Assembly: GCA_951406725.2 (NCBI GenBank)
Contig: OX597828.1
Coordinates: forward strand, 67,890,001 to 67,954,000
Length of the DNA stretch: 64,000 nucleotides
Reading direction: 5' to 3'
Source of the DNA: Octopus vulgaris
Taxonomy: Eukaryota
In this document: positions 1-14,562 of the stretch, piece after piece
How positions within the stretch are numbered: position 1 is the stretch's first letter
Layout: each line of letters opens with the position of its first letter
Made by a program: the position numbers and the translations under genes
The notes under the pieces: model-generated
Told to the model about the DNA's origin: nothing
The model's database searches: none
Seen by the model: only the letters and a program-made list of their open reading frames with translations

Positions 1-207
1 CCTCCAAAAGGATGGGGTGATCACGACTGGATTGCCTTTCGTGATAGATAATTTGTTTAGATCAGCGTTAACCTAGCACGAAACAAATAAGATCGATAAC
101 AACACCAACCAATATCACATTCATGATCGTCACTTTCGTTCCTAACGCCATCAGCATCACCCCTCCCCCCTAACATCATTATGACCCCCGCCGCCGCAAC
201 CACGATC

Positions 208-224
<17 letters not shown>

Positions 225-241
<17 letters not shown>

Positions 242-296
242 CCATCATCACCATCATAACCATCATCATCATCATCACCACCATCATCGTCATCGC

Positions 297-328
<32 letters not shown>

Positions 329-337
329 CCACCGTCG

Positions 338-424
<87 letters not shown>

Positions 425-454
425 ATATCATCACCACCGCCATCATCATCATCG

Positions 455-492
<38 letters not shown>

Positions 493-554
493 GTCGTCAT
501 CATCGTCATCATCGTCATCATCATCATCATCGTCATCATCGTCATCATCGTCAC

Positions 555-594
<40 letters not shown>

Positions 595-800
595 GTCGTC
601 ATCATCGTCATCATCGTCATCATCATCATCATCGTCATCATCGTCATCATCGTCACCATCATCATCGTCATCATCGTCATCATCATCATCAATATCACCA
701 CCGCCATCATCATCATCGTCATCATCATCATCATCATCATCAATATCACCGCTGTCATCATCGTCATCATCATCATCATCATCATTATCATCACCATCAC

Positions 801-847
<47 letters not shown>

Positions 848-850
848 CTG
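225..850 (+). repeat. Imperfect (CAT)n microsatellite
   Basis: Long CAT run with CAC/CGT variants; explains the poly-Met and poly-Ile ORFs. Confidence 0.98.
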
Positions 851-947
851 TCCTCATCATCTTATCTGTCATCAGCCAGCCTGTCCCCCATCACACTCTC
901 CTCCTCACGCTCCCACTCTTTCTCTCTCTAACTCTCTCCCTCTCCCC

Positions 948-985
<38 letters not shown>

Positions 986-1169
986 ATCTCTCTCTCTCTC
1001 TTCCTCTTTTCTCTCTCAAATAAAAATATATGAAATTCAACACGATTTTATTTCTTTACCATTTTTGTTGTTTTAGTCTTTTCTGAGACCATTTTTATGT
1101 TTTCACTGTATACTACTTAATTTTCCAACATTTACAGAAGAAAAATCATTAATAATAATAATAATAATA

Positions 1170-1393
1170 ATCCTTTCTACTATAGGCGCAAGGTCTGAAG
1201 GTTGGTGGGGAGGAACCAGTCGATTATATCGACCCCAGTACATAACTGGTAATTAATTTATCGACCCCCACCCCCACCCCGAAGGATGAAAGGCAAAGTC
1301 AGCCTCAATGGAATTTGAACTCAGAACGTTGCGACTGGCGAAATACCGCTCGGCATTTCATCCAGTGAGCTAACATTTTTGCCAGTTCCACCT
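1170..1393 (-). mobile_element. tRNA-derived SINE, family A (Meta-domain-like core)
   Basis: Minus strand has a tRNA-like head, B-box GAGTTCAAAT, core GCCTTTCATCCTT..GGGGTCGATAAAT..GTACCAG and an (ATT)n tail. Similar copies at about 3836-4045, 4205-4418, 4559-4770, 10790-10975, 49310-49490, 49530-49735, 61295-61440 and 62100-62250. Confidence 0.85.
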
Positions 1394-1404
1394 TAATAAT
1401 TGCT

Positions 1405-1955
1405 CTGATGCAGTTCCAGGCAGTGGCTCTCGTGGCTTTTGATCTTGACTGATTGGAAGAGTTATCATGTACATTGTTTTGTCTTGGTATAAAAGATGGG
1501 CTACCGCAAATATTCTGCACAATACCACAGATTTGCTTGTCGGTTGCTTGACCTTAACCAGTTGAGCATGTCCCTTAGTGGCTGACGATATGTGTATCTC
1601 TGAACACGAGCAGATGTAATGGTGGAGCATCATGGCCATGTGTTGAAAGGAATTCTTTGGGGTTTGAATAATTTACCCCTGGAAACATGAGTGTTTCATT
1701 CAATATCCTTAAACAACCCTTATTCCGGGACCTTTTGAGGGGAATGGGCTACTCAACCTGAAGAAAAGTGGGCTCCGCCTGCAAGGTCATGTGCTGTGTA
1801 TCTTGATATGAGATCACCATAACGCGTACTTATGGTTGTGATGCATGTGCCTGAAGTACCCTTATCAGACGGGTAGTCATGATGGGTATATTGAGCTTCA
1901 TGTATGTGTACCCCAGTGTTACTTTGATGGCATGCACTGCTCCCTCACTCAGTAA
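1405..1955. repeat. Unclassified interspersed repeat
   Basis: Inverted partial copy at about 51015-51175 (gtggtattgagcagaatatttgc); short related start at about 8560. Confidence 0.6.
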
Positions 1956-2399
1956 TAATGGTTTTAGATTTTGGCACAATGCCAGCAGTTTCGAGGGAGG
2001 GGTAAGTTGATAACATCGCAACAGTGCTCAGGTGGTACTTATTTTGTCCCCCATGCTGTTAGGTGAGAGTTACAAAAGTAATTGGCTAAAGGGCCTTCGC
2101 TATGTAGGTTGGTGGAAAAACTGGGAGAAAGTATTTACCTTTGATGTGCAAAGGTAAACCCAGGTTACCTGTAGGAATGGTTACCCTGTCTCTTTAGGGG
2201 AAATCCTTCGTTGTTGTTATTTTATTGTTCGATAATTTTTATTGTTATTCTTCATTATCTACTTAATAATGTGTCTTGAGTTTATTGATTTCACACTTCT
2301 CGTAAAAACTGCAAACCCTCAAAACCCTTTGTTGTTGTTGTTATCATTGTTGCTTTCCACGTGATGTGGGAGGTTTCAAAAATTGCTCTTGACGATGAC

Positions 2400-2700
2400 G
2401 TTAACAAGGCCTTTTAGCCAACCACTTTTGTAGCTCTCACCGATCTTCCACAAAGTTTACTAAAGGACAGCACTTCCTCTCTAATTTACATTCCTTCTTT
2501 AAGTGGTACATGAAAAAGTTGCTGAGGGCCTCTCCTGAGAAGGAAAACTTCGCCTTTGAAACCTGTCAACCACTCCACCATACAACTTTCTTCTCCACAG
2601 CTGTCAAATAGAGAGAGGACGATTCACTTTACTTTGATAAAGGAAGGCTGTGGTTCGACATTCACAATAAACTCAGCTGATATTTATGTCCACCACCGAC
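2400..2700 (-). mobile_element. L1/Tx1-like LINE ORF2 C-terminal remnant
   Basis: Degraded translation ISAEFIVNVEPQPS..KVVWW..SGEALSNFFMYHLKK..EREVLS with stops. Confidence 0.55.
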
Positions 2701-4098
2701 GCGCTGTTTCATAAAATCTGTTTGATACAAAACCACAAACTAGTAAATCACTGAACGAAGGTGTGCCGGACGGTTTCGTCAATCTAAGCGCATCTCGGAC
2801 AAGTTGGCTTACTAGTGGTTCCTGCATGGTCATAGCAGTTGAGTTTATTTTAACCAGGCTCTCTCCCACCACCCGTTGCAATGTCGGACCGAAGAACTTT
2901 AGAACTTGTCTGTAATTCCCAGCGTAAAAGTTTTTATGAAGAGATTATCCTCGCCGGAAATCGGAATCGTTCCCTGATCCTCACTGTTCGTTCACTTTAC
3001 TAACCTGATGCAAGCTGATTAATTACAAGTTATTAGCTTCTTAATTAGCAGGTCTTATTTTAAAGATCTGTTTTCGAAGTTGTTGATGAATGTTAATTTT
3101 GCCTGTCGATGACCTTTCGAAAATCCGAGCTGTGAAATAACACCACAATGCGATATTAAATATCCAATTTTAGCAACACGATATTATACAGAGTCGGCGA
3201 AATATATAAGTTATTGAACATTTCTGAAATTCCGTCGAGGTCAACTTTGCCTTCCATCTTTCCTTGCTCGATAAAATTTTTTTATAACATAGACAGGAAA
3301 GAAAAGCAGGTCCATGGATTCCTACAGGGTCTCAGGGAGTAGGGGCAAGTGGGAGAAGGTTTTCTTAAACAGGAGTCCTGAAACGAATAACTGCAACAGG
3401 GAGGACCTCTCTGAAGGCAGGCCATGGACCAGATGAAATATTTGTGGAATAGTCAACCATATAGACTTTAAGAGAGAGAGTGAGAGATTGTGTGTGTGTG
3501 TGTGAGTGTGTGAGAGAGGGGGGAGAGGGAGATAGAGAGAAAGAGAGAGAGAGAAAGAGAGGGAGATAGAGAGAAAGACAGAGAGTTGCAAATGCCCACA
3601 AATTCTCACACTCTTATGTCACGTTGACCCTGGGACGTTGATTATCTAAGTCAATACGCAATATTTTTGCTAAGAAGGCAGTTGCATGGAATTGAACAAC
3701 AGGAATAATGGTAGTCAAAAGCAACGTGAGATTCTTGACATTTCTGTGTTTCAGTGATTGTGTAACAAGAGCTGAGAAGGACGGGACAATGAACGGATAA
3801 ATGACAGCGGCTGCCTAAAATATTCCATAATAATAATCCTTTCTACTAAAGGCACAAGGTCTGAAATTTGAGGAGCTTGTCGATTACACCGACCCCCAGT
3901 ACTCAACTGGTACTTACTTTATCGACTCCGAAAGGATGAAACGCAAATTCGACCTCGGGGGTATTTGAACTCAGAACGTAAAGACGGACAAAATGATGCT
4001 AAGTATTTTGTCCAGCGTTCCAACGATTCCGCCAGTTGGCCACCTTAAAACACCTTCAATCTACAACATCATAATATTGGATACTGTGCGACGTCTTC

Positions 4099-4148
<50 letters not shown>

Positions 4149-4158
4149 CTACAACAAC

Positions 4159-4206
<48 letters not shown>

Positions 4207-4447
4207 CTTTTCTACTAGAAGTACAAGGCCTCAAATCTGGAGGAAGGGATTACGTCGATAACATCGACCCCCAGTGTTTCACTGGTACTTAATTTATCGA
4301 CCCCAGAAGGATGAAAGGCAAAGTCGACCTCGGCAGAATTCGAACTCTGAGCATAGCGACGGGTAAAATACCGCTAAGCATTTCGTCCAATGTGCTAACG
4401 ATTTTGCCAGCTCGCCGCTCTAATAATAATAATAATAATAATAATAA

Positions 4448-4478
<31 letters not shown>

Positions 4479-5502
4479 AAGAAGAAGAAGAAGAAGAAGA
4501 AGAAGAAGAAGAAGAAGAAGAAGAAGAAGAAGAAGAAGAAGAAGAAGAAGAAGAAGAATTTCTATTATAGGCACAAGGCCTGAAATTTTGGTGGGAGGGG
4601 GTTAATCGATTATATCGACTCCATCGTTTCATTGGTTTTCAAACTATCGACCCCGAAATTATGAAAGGCAAAGTAGACCTCAGAGGAATTTGAACTCAGA
4701 ATGTAATGACAGGAGAAATTCCGTTTAATATTTTATACGAACTACTAACGATTCTGCCAGCTTATCACCTTTTTAATAATAATTAATCCTTTCTAATATA
4801 GACAGAAGTTGAGCGAAGCGCTACTGAAAGGCCACACGCATCTGTCTCGTATCAGTTATCATTTGCCCGTCGTGATTCGGGAAGGATCGGATCGTGGATT
4901 TATTGCCACGCCGTGCCTCTGCCACTCGGACCCATTGAACGGCTTTCTTCCCTTCGTATTTAAGTGCTCGTGCCTTAGCTTTGACAACGCAGTCTTCGTA
5001 TTTCGCGTTGAAGAATTGGTCGTGAGTTAATCTCGCTGCGAGCACGTTGGTCGCCATGCCTTTTATCTAAAAGCTTCGTCTAACTTCTTGACTAGCTCTA
5101 CCTCTACTCTGTTTCTTTCTAGTGCTAGTCCTTTGCTAAACCTTATCTATTCTAATCGCCCTTTTCAGAGCGAACCGCCATTTATTGTTGATTGCTGCCC
5201 CATTCAACGCTCTCTTAACTAGTTCACTAATCCAGTCACTGAAATCTTTACGCGCCGAAAACGATGTGTTCAGCTTCCAGTAACCGGATCCCTGTCCATG
5301 AAGCCTATCTAAGTCGACCATACAGATCACGAAATTGTGGTCTGTGTAGTCGTCTACTTTGGACAAACTGTGGACAACCTATGGTTTCCTTATCTGCTAC
5401 TCTACAGAATACCCGATCTAGTTACGATCCCGATGACTCGATGCAGTTTGACCAGGTCCACCCTGGTACATCAGGGAAATCCAGTCAATACCTGTCAAAC
5501 AG

Positions 5503-5834
5503 GTCCTTCTGCAACGGCGCTTGCAGTGGTTTGGCCATGCATGTAGACGTCCGGTGGGTGAACTGAGCCGTGATGTCCTTCTCCCAACTCCACTTCCCAA
5601 CTGGCGGAAACGCGCAGGTGGGCAGCTGTTACGACGATCAAGGAGGACCTCTCCGTGCTCACGGGTCCGCAGGTGGACGGCCTGTGCGGATGGAACCGTG
5701 ACTGGTTCGCTATCTCCAGTGAACTGGCGCAGGACCGTCGTGCGTGGGCTGCCATGGTTCGAGATGCCCTGAGGGTGCTGGAAGAAGCCGACTCAACCCG
5801 CCCAGGGTGAATGTTGCCGCAAGTACAAGTAAGT
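5503..5834 (+). mobile_element. 5'-truncated RTE-clade LINE 3' end
   Basis: LQWFGHACRR..ELAQDRRAWAAMV..*; tail CAAGTACAAGTAAGT; AAACAG TSD at 5497-5502 and 5835-5840. Confidence 0.8.
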
Positions 5835-7105
5835 AAACAGTTGGAATCGTCTGAGCATGTTTGCAACGCTTTTGCACTCTCCTCTCCTATCTGCTAAACC
5901 CACACAGTTCCATCTTACATCTAAAACTCCATTACAATCCCCCACAAACACTAAAGAGTGGGACGTTCCCAGAAAGGTTTCCAGACGTCTGAAGAAATCT
6001 GGTCGTCCGGCCCCTGTTGTGGCATAGACGGCAACCAGCCTGGAAGTATGTCCTTTGCTGCCTATCACGTCCAGGACCAACGACTTACCTTCCGGATCCA
6101 GGAGGATCGTCCTTATTGCAAGATCCAGATTTTTCCGGACGATCACGGCGACTCCACCTCCCACTTCCGGACGACTTGGAGATACGTACACCTCATAGTC
6201 ACCGAAAATGGGTTGGAAGTCCCGTGATTCGGAAATTCTGGTTTCACTAATGGCCACCACGTCGTTGAGCAAGTGACCCCGCTTCCAAGGCGATCCCAGG
6301 CCACGTACATTCACGCTGCCTATTCTGTACACGACCATGATGTCGGAAAATAAAAGAAAAGAAAAGGAAAACTTACTTGGTTTCGTTTGGAAGGGCGGAT
6401 TCCCCGTCCCTCATGTTGGCTTGTGCTTTTTCCAACAGTAAATCACCAAAAGTTCTCCTGGTGATATTCTCTCAAAAATCTCCGATTTCCCGTGGGAACT
6501 GGGATTTTAAGTGTGTGTATGTGTTTTGTGCTGTTTGAATGATTTGTATGCGTGCAGGTAGGGAGATTGTAGGTGTGACAAAATCGTCCGCTGTAATATT
6601 TGTGTGTTTTATTATTCACTTCATTAATTCATTGGTTTTTTTTTTGTTTATTGCCAAGAAGTTTGTAATGTTAGTCTCTTTAATTTGCGTTTGTTGTTGT
6701 TATGGTTGTGGTTGTTGCGGTAGTGGTGGTTGTGATTGTTGTTGTTGTGGTTGTGTGTGTGGGGGGGTGGCTTATGTTTCAGATTTTAGAGGTGGTGGTG
6801 TCGATGCAGTGTTTATTTCAGGTGTAACTGGTTTTCTTGGTTTTGAGTTTTTTTTTTTTTTGTTCATACTTCTTGTGTGGATGAGGATTGTTGTTATTTG
6901 TTCATATATTTGTTTTTATTTCTGTCTCTTTTCCGTTTTCAACTTCCACTCCTCATCGCAATCCGACTCTCCACCCGTATTGTTCACCCGCTCCGCATCG
7001 GGAAGTGGAACATCTTCGGGCGCTGAGAACTGTTTTGAGGAAACTCGGGATTGGCATGTCACGGCTGAATCTGTTGACAGTGATGGTGCTTCTGCTGTTG
7101 TCGCT

Positions 7106-7485
7106 TGCTTGCTTGTTTGTGGAGCGCAGCTGTCTTCGTCCAAGAGTTCGCAGTGGGAGAAGTCCGAAACGTGGTCCTTTGCTATTCGTAAGACCCGCAG
7201 AAGGGAAAGCAGGTCAACCCCCGACACCGAGAGCATCGACGGACGAATGAATGCGCATCCAGGCTCAGCGGTTGCGTAGGAAGTCGGGGACAAGAAACAG
7301 GAAGAAAGAGTGGGAGAAAGTTGGAGCGAAAGAGTACAACAGGGGTCGCCACCACCCCCTGCCAGAGCCTCGTGGCGCTTTAGGTGTTTTCGCTCAATAA
7401 ACACAAAACGCCCGGTCTGGGAATCGGAGCCGCGATCCTCCGACCGCGAGTTCGCTGCCCTACCCACTGGGCCATTGCGCCTCCA
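7106..7485 (-). mobile_element. tRNA-derived SINE, family C, full length
   Basis: A-box TGGCCCAGTGG and B-box-like motif; 14-bp TSD CTGCTGTTGTCGCT at 7092-7105 and 7486-7499; second copy at about 16960-17355. Confidence 0.88.
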
Positions 7486-7779
7486 CTGCTGTTGTCGCTC
7501 GAATTTTGGTGACCGTTGTTGGTGTGGGGTGGAGAGGTGCCCGTCTCTCTTCTTCCTTCAATCTAGGGCAGAAGGCTTTTAAGTGATTAGATGAAAAGCA
7601 AATGTGGCACTTTGCTTTCCTTCCATCTACCCTGACTGGAAACAACAAGAACAACAACAATAAATTCCTCTCCATGGAAACACAGTGTTATTAATTCGGG
7701 TTTGCTCTACATTTTACGAAAACTATAAAAACTATTAATAACCTTCTAACATCAGTTGTTTTATTGCATGGCACCTCAT

Positions 7780-8150
7780 CTCTTTTACTTATTTCAGTCA
7801 TTTGACTGCGACCATGATGGAGCACCGCCTTTAGTCGAGCAAATCGACCCCAAGACTTATTCTTTGTAAGCCTAGTACTTATTCTATCGGTCCCTTTTGC
7901 CGAACAGCTAAGTTACGGGGACGTAAACACACCAGCATCGGTTGTCAAGCGATGTTGGGGGGACAAACACAGACACACAAACACACACACATATATATGC
8001 ATATATACGACGGGCTTCTTTCAGTTTCCGTCTACCAAATCCATTCACAAGGCTTTGGTCGGCCCGAAGACTCTTGCCCATGGTGCTACGCAGCGGGACT
8101 GAACCCGGGACCATGCGGTTGGTAAGCAAGCTGCTTACCACACAGCCACT
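7780..8150 (-). mobile_element. tRNA/CORE-like SINE, family B (internal microsatellite)
   Basis: Family consensus: head GGCGCAGGAGTGGCTGTGTGG, CORE-like ACCTTGGGCAAGT (partly deleted in this copy), internal (TA/TG)n, tail GGCGGTGCTCCAGCATGGCC..CTGAAAC. Other copies or halves at about 17995, 22148-22560, 24975-25361, 31293-31690, 34848, 35935-36310, 36900, 37210-38115, 44305, 51610-51972, 52120, 53497-53870, 53890 and 61455-62060. Confidence 0.88.
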
Positions 8151-8717
8151 CTTAAATATACTATTTTGTTGTCCTTTGACGTCTCTAGTTGAAACTTGGG
8201 TGCAGCTTGTGTAAATTATAGCAAAACATAAAACATAGTATTGATAATACAGATACCTGGTGTACCTTTGCAAGCGCACACACACACATCTCTGAATCAT
8301 TGGACGATGAGGCAAATGGAAGGAGACAGAAAAACCGGCAAAAATGTGTTGCCAGCAGTCTTAATGCACAGATTAAATGGAGAAGAAGTACAGGGTGTGT
8401 TTGTAATCGTCAGCTTATAAGAGTCAGCTCCAACAAGATGAGGCTGATTCATATAAACAGACGTAGATAAGCAAGATTACCACACCTTGTTATTTGATCC
8501 ATGTCGAATGCAATAATGATAATAATAATAATAATAATAATAATGATAATAATGAAGACAGTGGCTCTCATGGCTTCTGATCTTAACTTTCCTCCTCGTT
8601 TCTTTCTCACTCACACGTCTTTTGATATTTTTCAATATTTTTCTCCCCATAAGCAAATTTTATGGAACGATGACGTCAAAGTAACACACGTGTAGTCCCA
8701 ACCGAGCGAGGTCATGT

Positions 8718-8776
<59 letters not shown>

Positions 8777-10009
8777 ACACCTAAAAACATCTTCAGGGTT
8801 CATATTAATCTGTCAAATGTAATGCTTATTTGTGACCGTCATTTTGAATTATTTAGGTTCAAGACGGATGTCAACCGTACAATAACACCATGCAAACTCT
8901 AGTTGCTGACGTCACTTAATTCTAGACCAATGAAATTTTAGCTTCGATCAAAACCGAACTTTAGTAAATACAACGAAATGACCCTTTATGAGAATCAACC
9001 AACTGGAACGGCTGATGACCGTTCCCCGCTGGTAAGCCAACCAAGCAGAACGACAAACTTGACCACCAGAAAAATAAGACGTCAAGAGTACTTGAACGAA
9101 TCAAAAATCAGATCCGTTCACGGAAAAAAATGTAAAACGCACTGAATTCCAAAAAGCGATGTTACAAGCGAAAATCCTTGCGCACGACGCAAAAAGAATC
9201 ACAGAAATTGTACCAAAACCTTTTTTTTTTTAACTATTTTCATTTCTCCCTTCATTTTCTCCGTCTTAACTCAGTATAACCGAACCTTTGGTGATCCATG
9301 TTTCTTATCGATCAATTCTAATACTTTTGAATTTTGTGCATTTAAACAAGATGATCCACATTTTTAATATTATTGAATGTTGTGAATATTTTAAACATAT
9401 TTAATATTATTGAATCTTGGAAACATTGAAATTTTAAATGTGTTTTTCTACCTCGCTATTTTAAATTTTTACTGTTGATAAACAAAAACGAATATTGTTG
9501 AAACTAGTTTGTTGTGTATGTAAATAGATTTATTTTTAAAAAGTTTTTCAAATTCAGGTGCATTTTCAACAACAAATTTTCCTATATATATATATATATA
9601 TGTGTGTGTATGTATGTATGTATGTATGTATGTATGTATGTATGTATGTATGTATGTATGTATGTATGTATATATATATATATATGTGTGTGTGTGTATG
9701 TATGTATGTATGTATGTATGTATGTATGTATGTATGTACGTATGTATGTAAGTATATATATGTATATATGTGTGTGTATGTATGTGTGTCTGTGTCTGTT
9801 CATATATATATATATCTTTGTTTACATATAAACACACATCTATATTATAGTGTATACATACATACACGCGCGCATGGCTAGCCATGCGAAGTAACATCAT
9901 ATGTAAGTCACAACGATGCGAGGAAGCACATTGTGACCAGCAGTGTGTAACCACACCCGATAATCTGGTTGTTACAGTGATAGTGTGATACACTATAGTG
10001 AATATATTG

Positions 10010-10398
10010 GTTTCAGATTTTGGCACAAGGCCAACGAGTTCGGGGGGGGGGGTAAGTCAATTACAGCAGCCCCAGTACTCAACTGGTACTTATTTTATCA
10101 ACTGCGAAAGGATGAAAGGCAAAGTCGACCTCGGCAGAATTTGAACTCAGAACGTAGCGACAAACGAAATACCTATTTCTTTACTACCCACAAGGGGCTA
10201 AACACAGAGGGGACAAACAAGGACAGACAAACGGATTAAGTCGATTATATCGACCCCAGAGCGTAACTGGTACTTAATTTATCAAACCCGAAAGGGTGAA
10301 AGGCAAAGTCTACCTCGGTGGAATTTGAACTCAGAACGTAACGGCAGACGAAATACCGCTAAGCATTTCGCCCGGCGCAGTAACGACTCTGCCAGCTT
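10010..10398 (-). mobile_element. Family A SINE head-to-tail dimer
   Basis: Full copy with tail ..GTAAAGAAATAG joined to a headless copy beginning GTATTTCG. Confidence 0.85.
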
Positions 10399-11016
10399 AT
10401 GGTAGATAGTTAAGAAGTCCGCTTCTCTACCACATTGTGCCGGTTTCGATCCCTCTGCGTGGTATCTTGGACAAATGACATTATTCGTAACTTCAGATCG
10501 GCCCATAGCTTGTGAGTGAAAATTGGTAAACAGAAACTGTATAGAATTCTTCGAATTGATTGCACTTGCAATTCAAAAGGTACAACCTTGTCACACACTG
10601 TCCACCTGAGAATTATGTTAAAAGTGCAAGTTTCTGATGAATACTCAGCCACTTACATGCTAACTCAAAACAACTGTATTTTCATCGTCGAAACTGACGA
10701 AAACTGATATGCGAATCCAGTGCCGATGGTGAATGTGTAATGTTACATATAGTACCTTTGTACGCATGTATGTAATATTGATTTCATAATTTGGCACAAG
10801 GCCAGCTATTTCGGAGAATGAATAATAGCTGTGCTCAACTGGTACTTATTTAATCGACCTTGAAAGGGTGAAAGGTAAAGTCGACCTCGGCGGAATTTGA
10901 AACCAGAACGTTAGGACGGACAAAATGCCGCTAAGTATTTTTCTACCTCGTACGCTAACGATTCTGCCATCTCACCACCCTACATATGTGCGCAAGGCTT
11001 TGTGTGTGTGTGTGTG

Positions 11017-11092
<76 letters not shown>

Positions 11093-11815
11093 GTGTGTGT
11101 ATGTTTATCTGCGTTTGTGTGTGTGTTTGTATATATGTGTATAATTGAATATATGTGTTTGTATGTATGTATGTGTATGAATATATTTTTATATGACGGT
11201 GGTATTATGCGCATATACACTCACACATATACACACACACCACATAGTATAAATTTAATTGATTGCCACATAAAAATATATCAGGTGAAAGAAAGTACAC
11301 AGTGTCAATTACTTCAGCTATATCCATTACTGTTCCATTTACCTGTATAACAGGTAAATGGAACATACCTATGCAGCAGTTTGGCTCATTCTACCTGCTT
11401 AGGCATGAACAGATTGGAAGTCAGGTATAAATGATCCCTGCTTCCATGTGTTTACGAATACATGTGTATATGTAGACGCAAATGCATGTGTGTGTGCGTG
11501 TGTGTGTGTGTGTGTGTGCGTGTATGAGTGTGTGAGTGTGTGTGTATACGCGTGTGTTAATCTGTAGTAAAGGAATATAAAAGCGCCAGTTATAGATGAC
11601 CCCATCATGTTGAATGTTTCGCTGAGCCGGTTGTAGAGTTGACCTCCGACCTTAACCCCAACACCACAAATATAGACACCAATGAAATTACCATTTTGAT
11701 TATAGAAATAAACAAAAAATAACCACTATGATATAAGTAAATAAATGGACGGTTAAGTGGTTGAGGCCACAGAATGTATGCTGTTGACGTAAAGAGAAAC
11801 CTATTATAAAGAAAT

Positions 11816-11930
<115 letters not shown>

Positions 11931-12049
11931 AATAACAGTGTAAATAATAACTGTGTAAGTGACACGTACCATACAACACATTACACAACACGCCACAGAC
12001 GATACAACACACAACCACCACCGCCACTACCACAGGCTACATCGTCTGC

Positions 12050-12560
12050 GCCGTCATCTCCCATAAGATATTCGCGCTGATTTTGGAGTAGGTGTCCACA
12101 TCAACAGGGCCGACGACCTCTATAACTACACAACTTTTCTCTTCCCCCTTTTTACCCCAGATAACTATGTCAGGTCTTTTACGTTTACACTTCGCAGTTG
12201 TTTTGATGGAAAGATCCCACCAAATATGTTTTTGCGTATACATGTATGCCATGTATTTAAAGAGGTGTTGTTTGTATCCGAGGGCAATCTTTTGTTCGGA
12301 TCGTATTGCATTTTGTCACACAGAGAACTAGAGCTTGATGATAATTTTGGCCAGCTGTTGATTTCATGTGTTAATGTCTTTCACAGAAAGTTTAAGGGCT
12401 ACATTGTCCCGTTTGAGCACAAAATATTTCATAGCTATCCTCTGCTCTCGAATTGCAAAAGCGGGATCTTTTCTGTTTGGCTCCCACTTTTCAATTTCCC
12501 CAATTTTGTTCCAATTGATTTCATATTTGGTGTGTTGGTGTAGTTTTGTATGGTAATTAT
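12050..12560 (-). mobile_element. RLE-type (R4/NeSL-like) non-LTR retrotransposon remnant
   Basis: WWDLSIKT..RPDIVIW..VIEVVGPVD restriction-like endonuclease motif, preceded by a degenerate HEINSWPKLS. Confidence 0.75.
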
Positions 12561-13034
12561 TGACATGAAATTCATTAATAAACAGAGAGTTAATAGCTTT
12601 TAAAGTTTGAAAAGTTTGGGTAATTTTAGCTTAACGAAAGCCACAGACATATAGGTGCCTGTTTTCATCGTAACAAGCCAAGCTGTTACCAAGCTACTTA
12701 CCCACGTGGTCATTTTTCAACTTATTAAATGCTTAAAGCACATTAGGTATGAGGTGGTCGTGAGATATGTAAAAATTATTGTAAAATATGCCTTAAATCA
12801 GGCACCATTTTTTAAATATATAATTGCATGAATTCCTGTGTGTAGAATACACATTCGCAAAAATTTTCTGAAAAATTCCAAAAGATAGAAAAGTTATGAG
12901 GGGTTATATGGAGTGTATAAAGCGGAATCCCGTCAATACATCGTTTGTTTACAGTTGACAACGCGTGCACTCACGCACAAAAAAAAAAACAGCTTCCAAA
13001 TCCTGTTTTCTGATTGGATAAAAATTATTGCGCC

Positions 13035-13899
13035 TCCTGCCATGAGGTAGGTTCATCTGGGATTCTCGACAAGAGGAGATCCAGTTTTGTTTTGAAATCA
13101 CCTACATCCACTTTGTGTAGGCCCTACGGCTCTTTGGAATAATACTAAACACCTGTGGACCCTTGAAACCCAGGCTGTTGCAGTAACTGGTCCGCAACGG
13201 CAGTGTTGGGATCTTTGGCACTATGCAATGGTGACCTGTTCCGGCATTTGTGTAGCTTTCAGTACCAAAATTTGGTACAATCCCTTCCAGGATCTCCGAA
13301 ATCTATATCACTGCATATCCGTTCCGCCTTCGCGCCAGGGAGTAGAGTCTTAACTGTTTCAGTCTTTTCCAGTAGCTGAGCTGTTGCAATGAGACGATCA
13401 TCTTTGTGTAGTTTCGCTAGATTGCTTCAAAGTCGGCTATGAATTTTACTCTGTGGGGTAACCACAGTTGGGAGCAGTAGTCTAGGCGGCTGAGAACGAA
13501 TGTCCTCCAAAAGACCATCATGGTTTCCTTCTCTCTGGTTCTGAAGGCTCTCAGGGTCCAGCCAGCCGTCTGCATTTTGTCGCCATCTTGGTTATGTGCA
13601 CTTGGAAAGAGGGATTATCACTCATGTCGATATCCAGATCACGCACTGATTTAGGTTCTGGGATTGTAATCCCCCTAGGCCAGTGTACCCTGTAAGTTTT
13701 CCGTTCAGTTTTGAGTGCTTGTAGCGCAAGGCTTGGAATTTTCCAGCATTAAACTGCATATTATTGTCCTCAGCGCATCTGTAAATTGCGGCCAACTCCT
13801 GCTGCAGACGTACAACATCGCTAGGGTTTTGTATTTGTACGCGAGACTTTCGTATCGTCTGCGTAGCTAGCAAGGAGGGCTATCCGGGTAGCCCAGGGC

Positions 13900-13900
<1 letters not shown>
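13035..13900 (-). mobile_element. CR1-clade LINE RT C-terminal remnant
   Basis: SYADDTK, NNMQFNAGKF, VRDLDI, SRLDYCSQLW, LSYWKRLKQLRLYSL with stops and frameshifts. Confidence 0.85.
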
Positions 13901-13932
<32 letters not shown>

Positions 13933-14142
13933 TGTATGTATGTATGTATGTATTATGTATGTATGTACGTACGTATGTATGTATCTGTGAATTGTGGGAC
14001 ATGACTGCCACTACATAAACCTGATGATTGCATAATACATGAAAGTACTAGTTTAATTCAATATTGTAAAATTGTAAATTGTAAAAATTGCAAATAACAT
14101 GAAAATCAGACTAAGTTGGATTAATGTGTGTATATGTATGTG

Positions 14143-14562
<420 letters not shown>

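Larger units (their letters stand above)
4803..7640 (-). mobile_element. L1/Tx1-clade LINE remnant (ORF1 zinc knuckle + APE endonuclease), split by two nested insertions
   Basis: CCHC knuckle CHICFSSNHLKAFC at about 7575-7615; endonuclease start SVNVRGL..ISETR at 6338; WTWSN..LDRVF; GYWKLN. Confidence 0.85.

Noticed and set aside
57-1023. Long poly-Met and poly-Ile ORFs, and the similar HT/CV/YI/DGWM/poly-E/K ORFs throughout
   Set aside because: Translations of microsatellites
6539-7279. 246-aa Cys-rich hydrophobic ORF
   Set aside because: Antisense reading of L1/Tx1 ORF1 plus a SINE
7410-7485. tRNA genes at SINE heads
   Set aside because: A/B boxes only; they continue into multi-copy SINE bodies with TSDs
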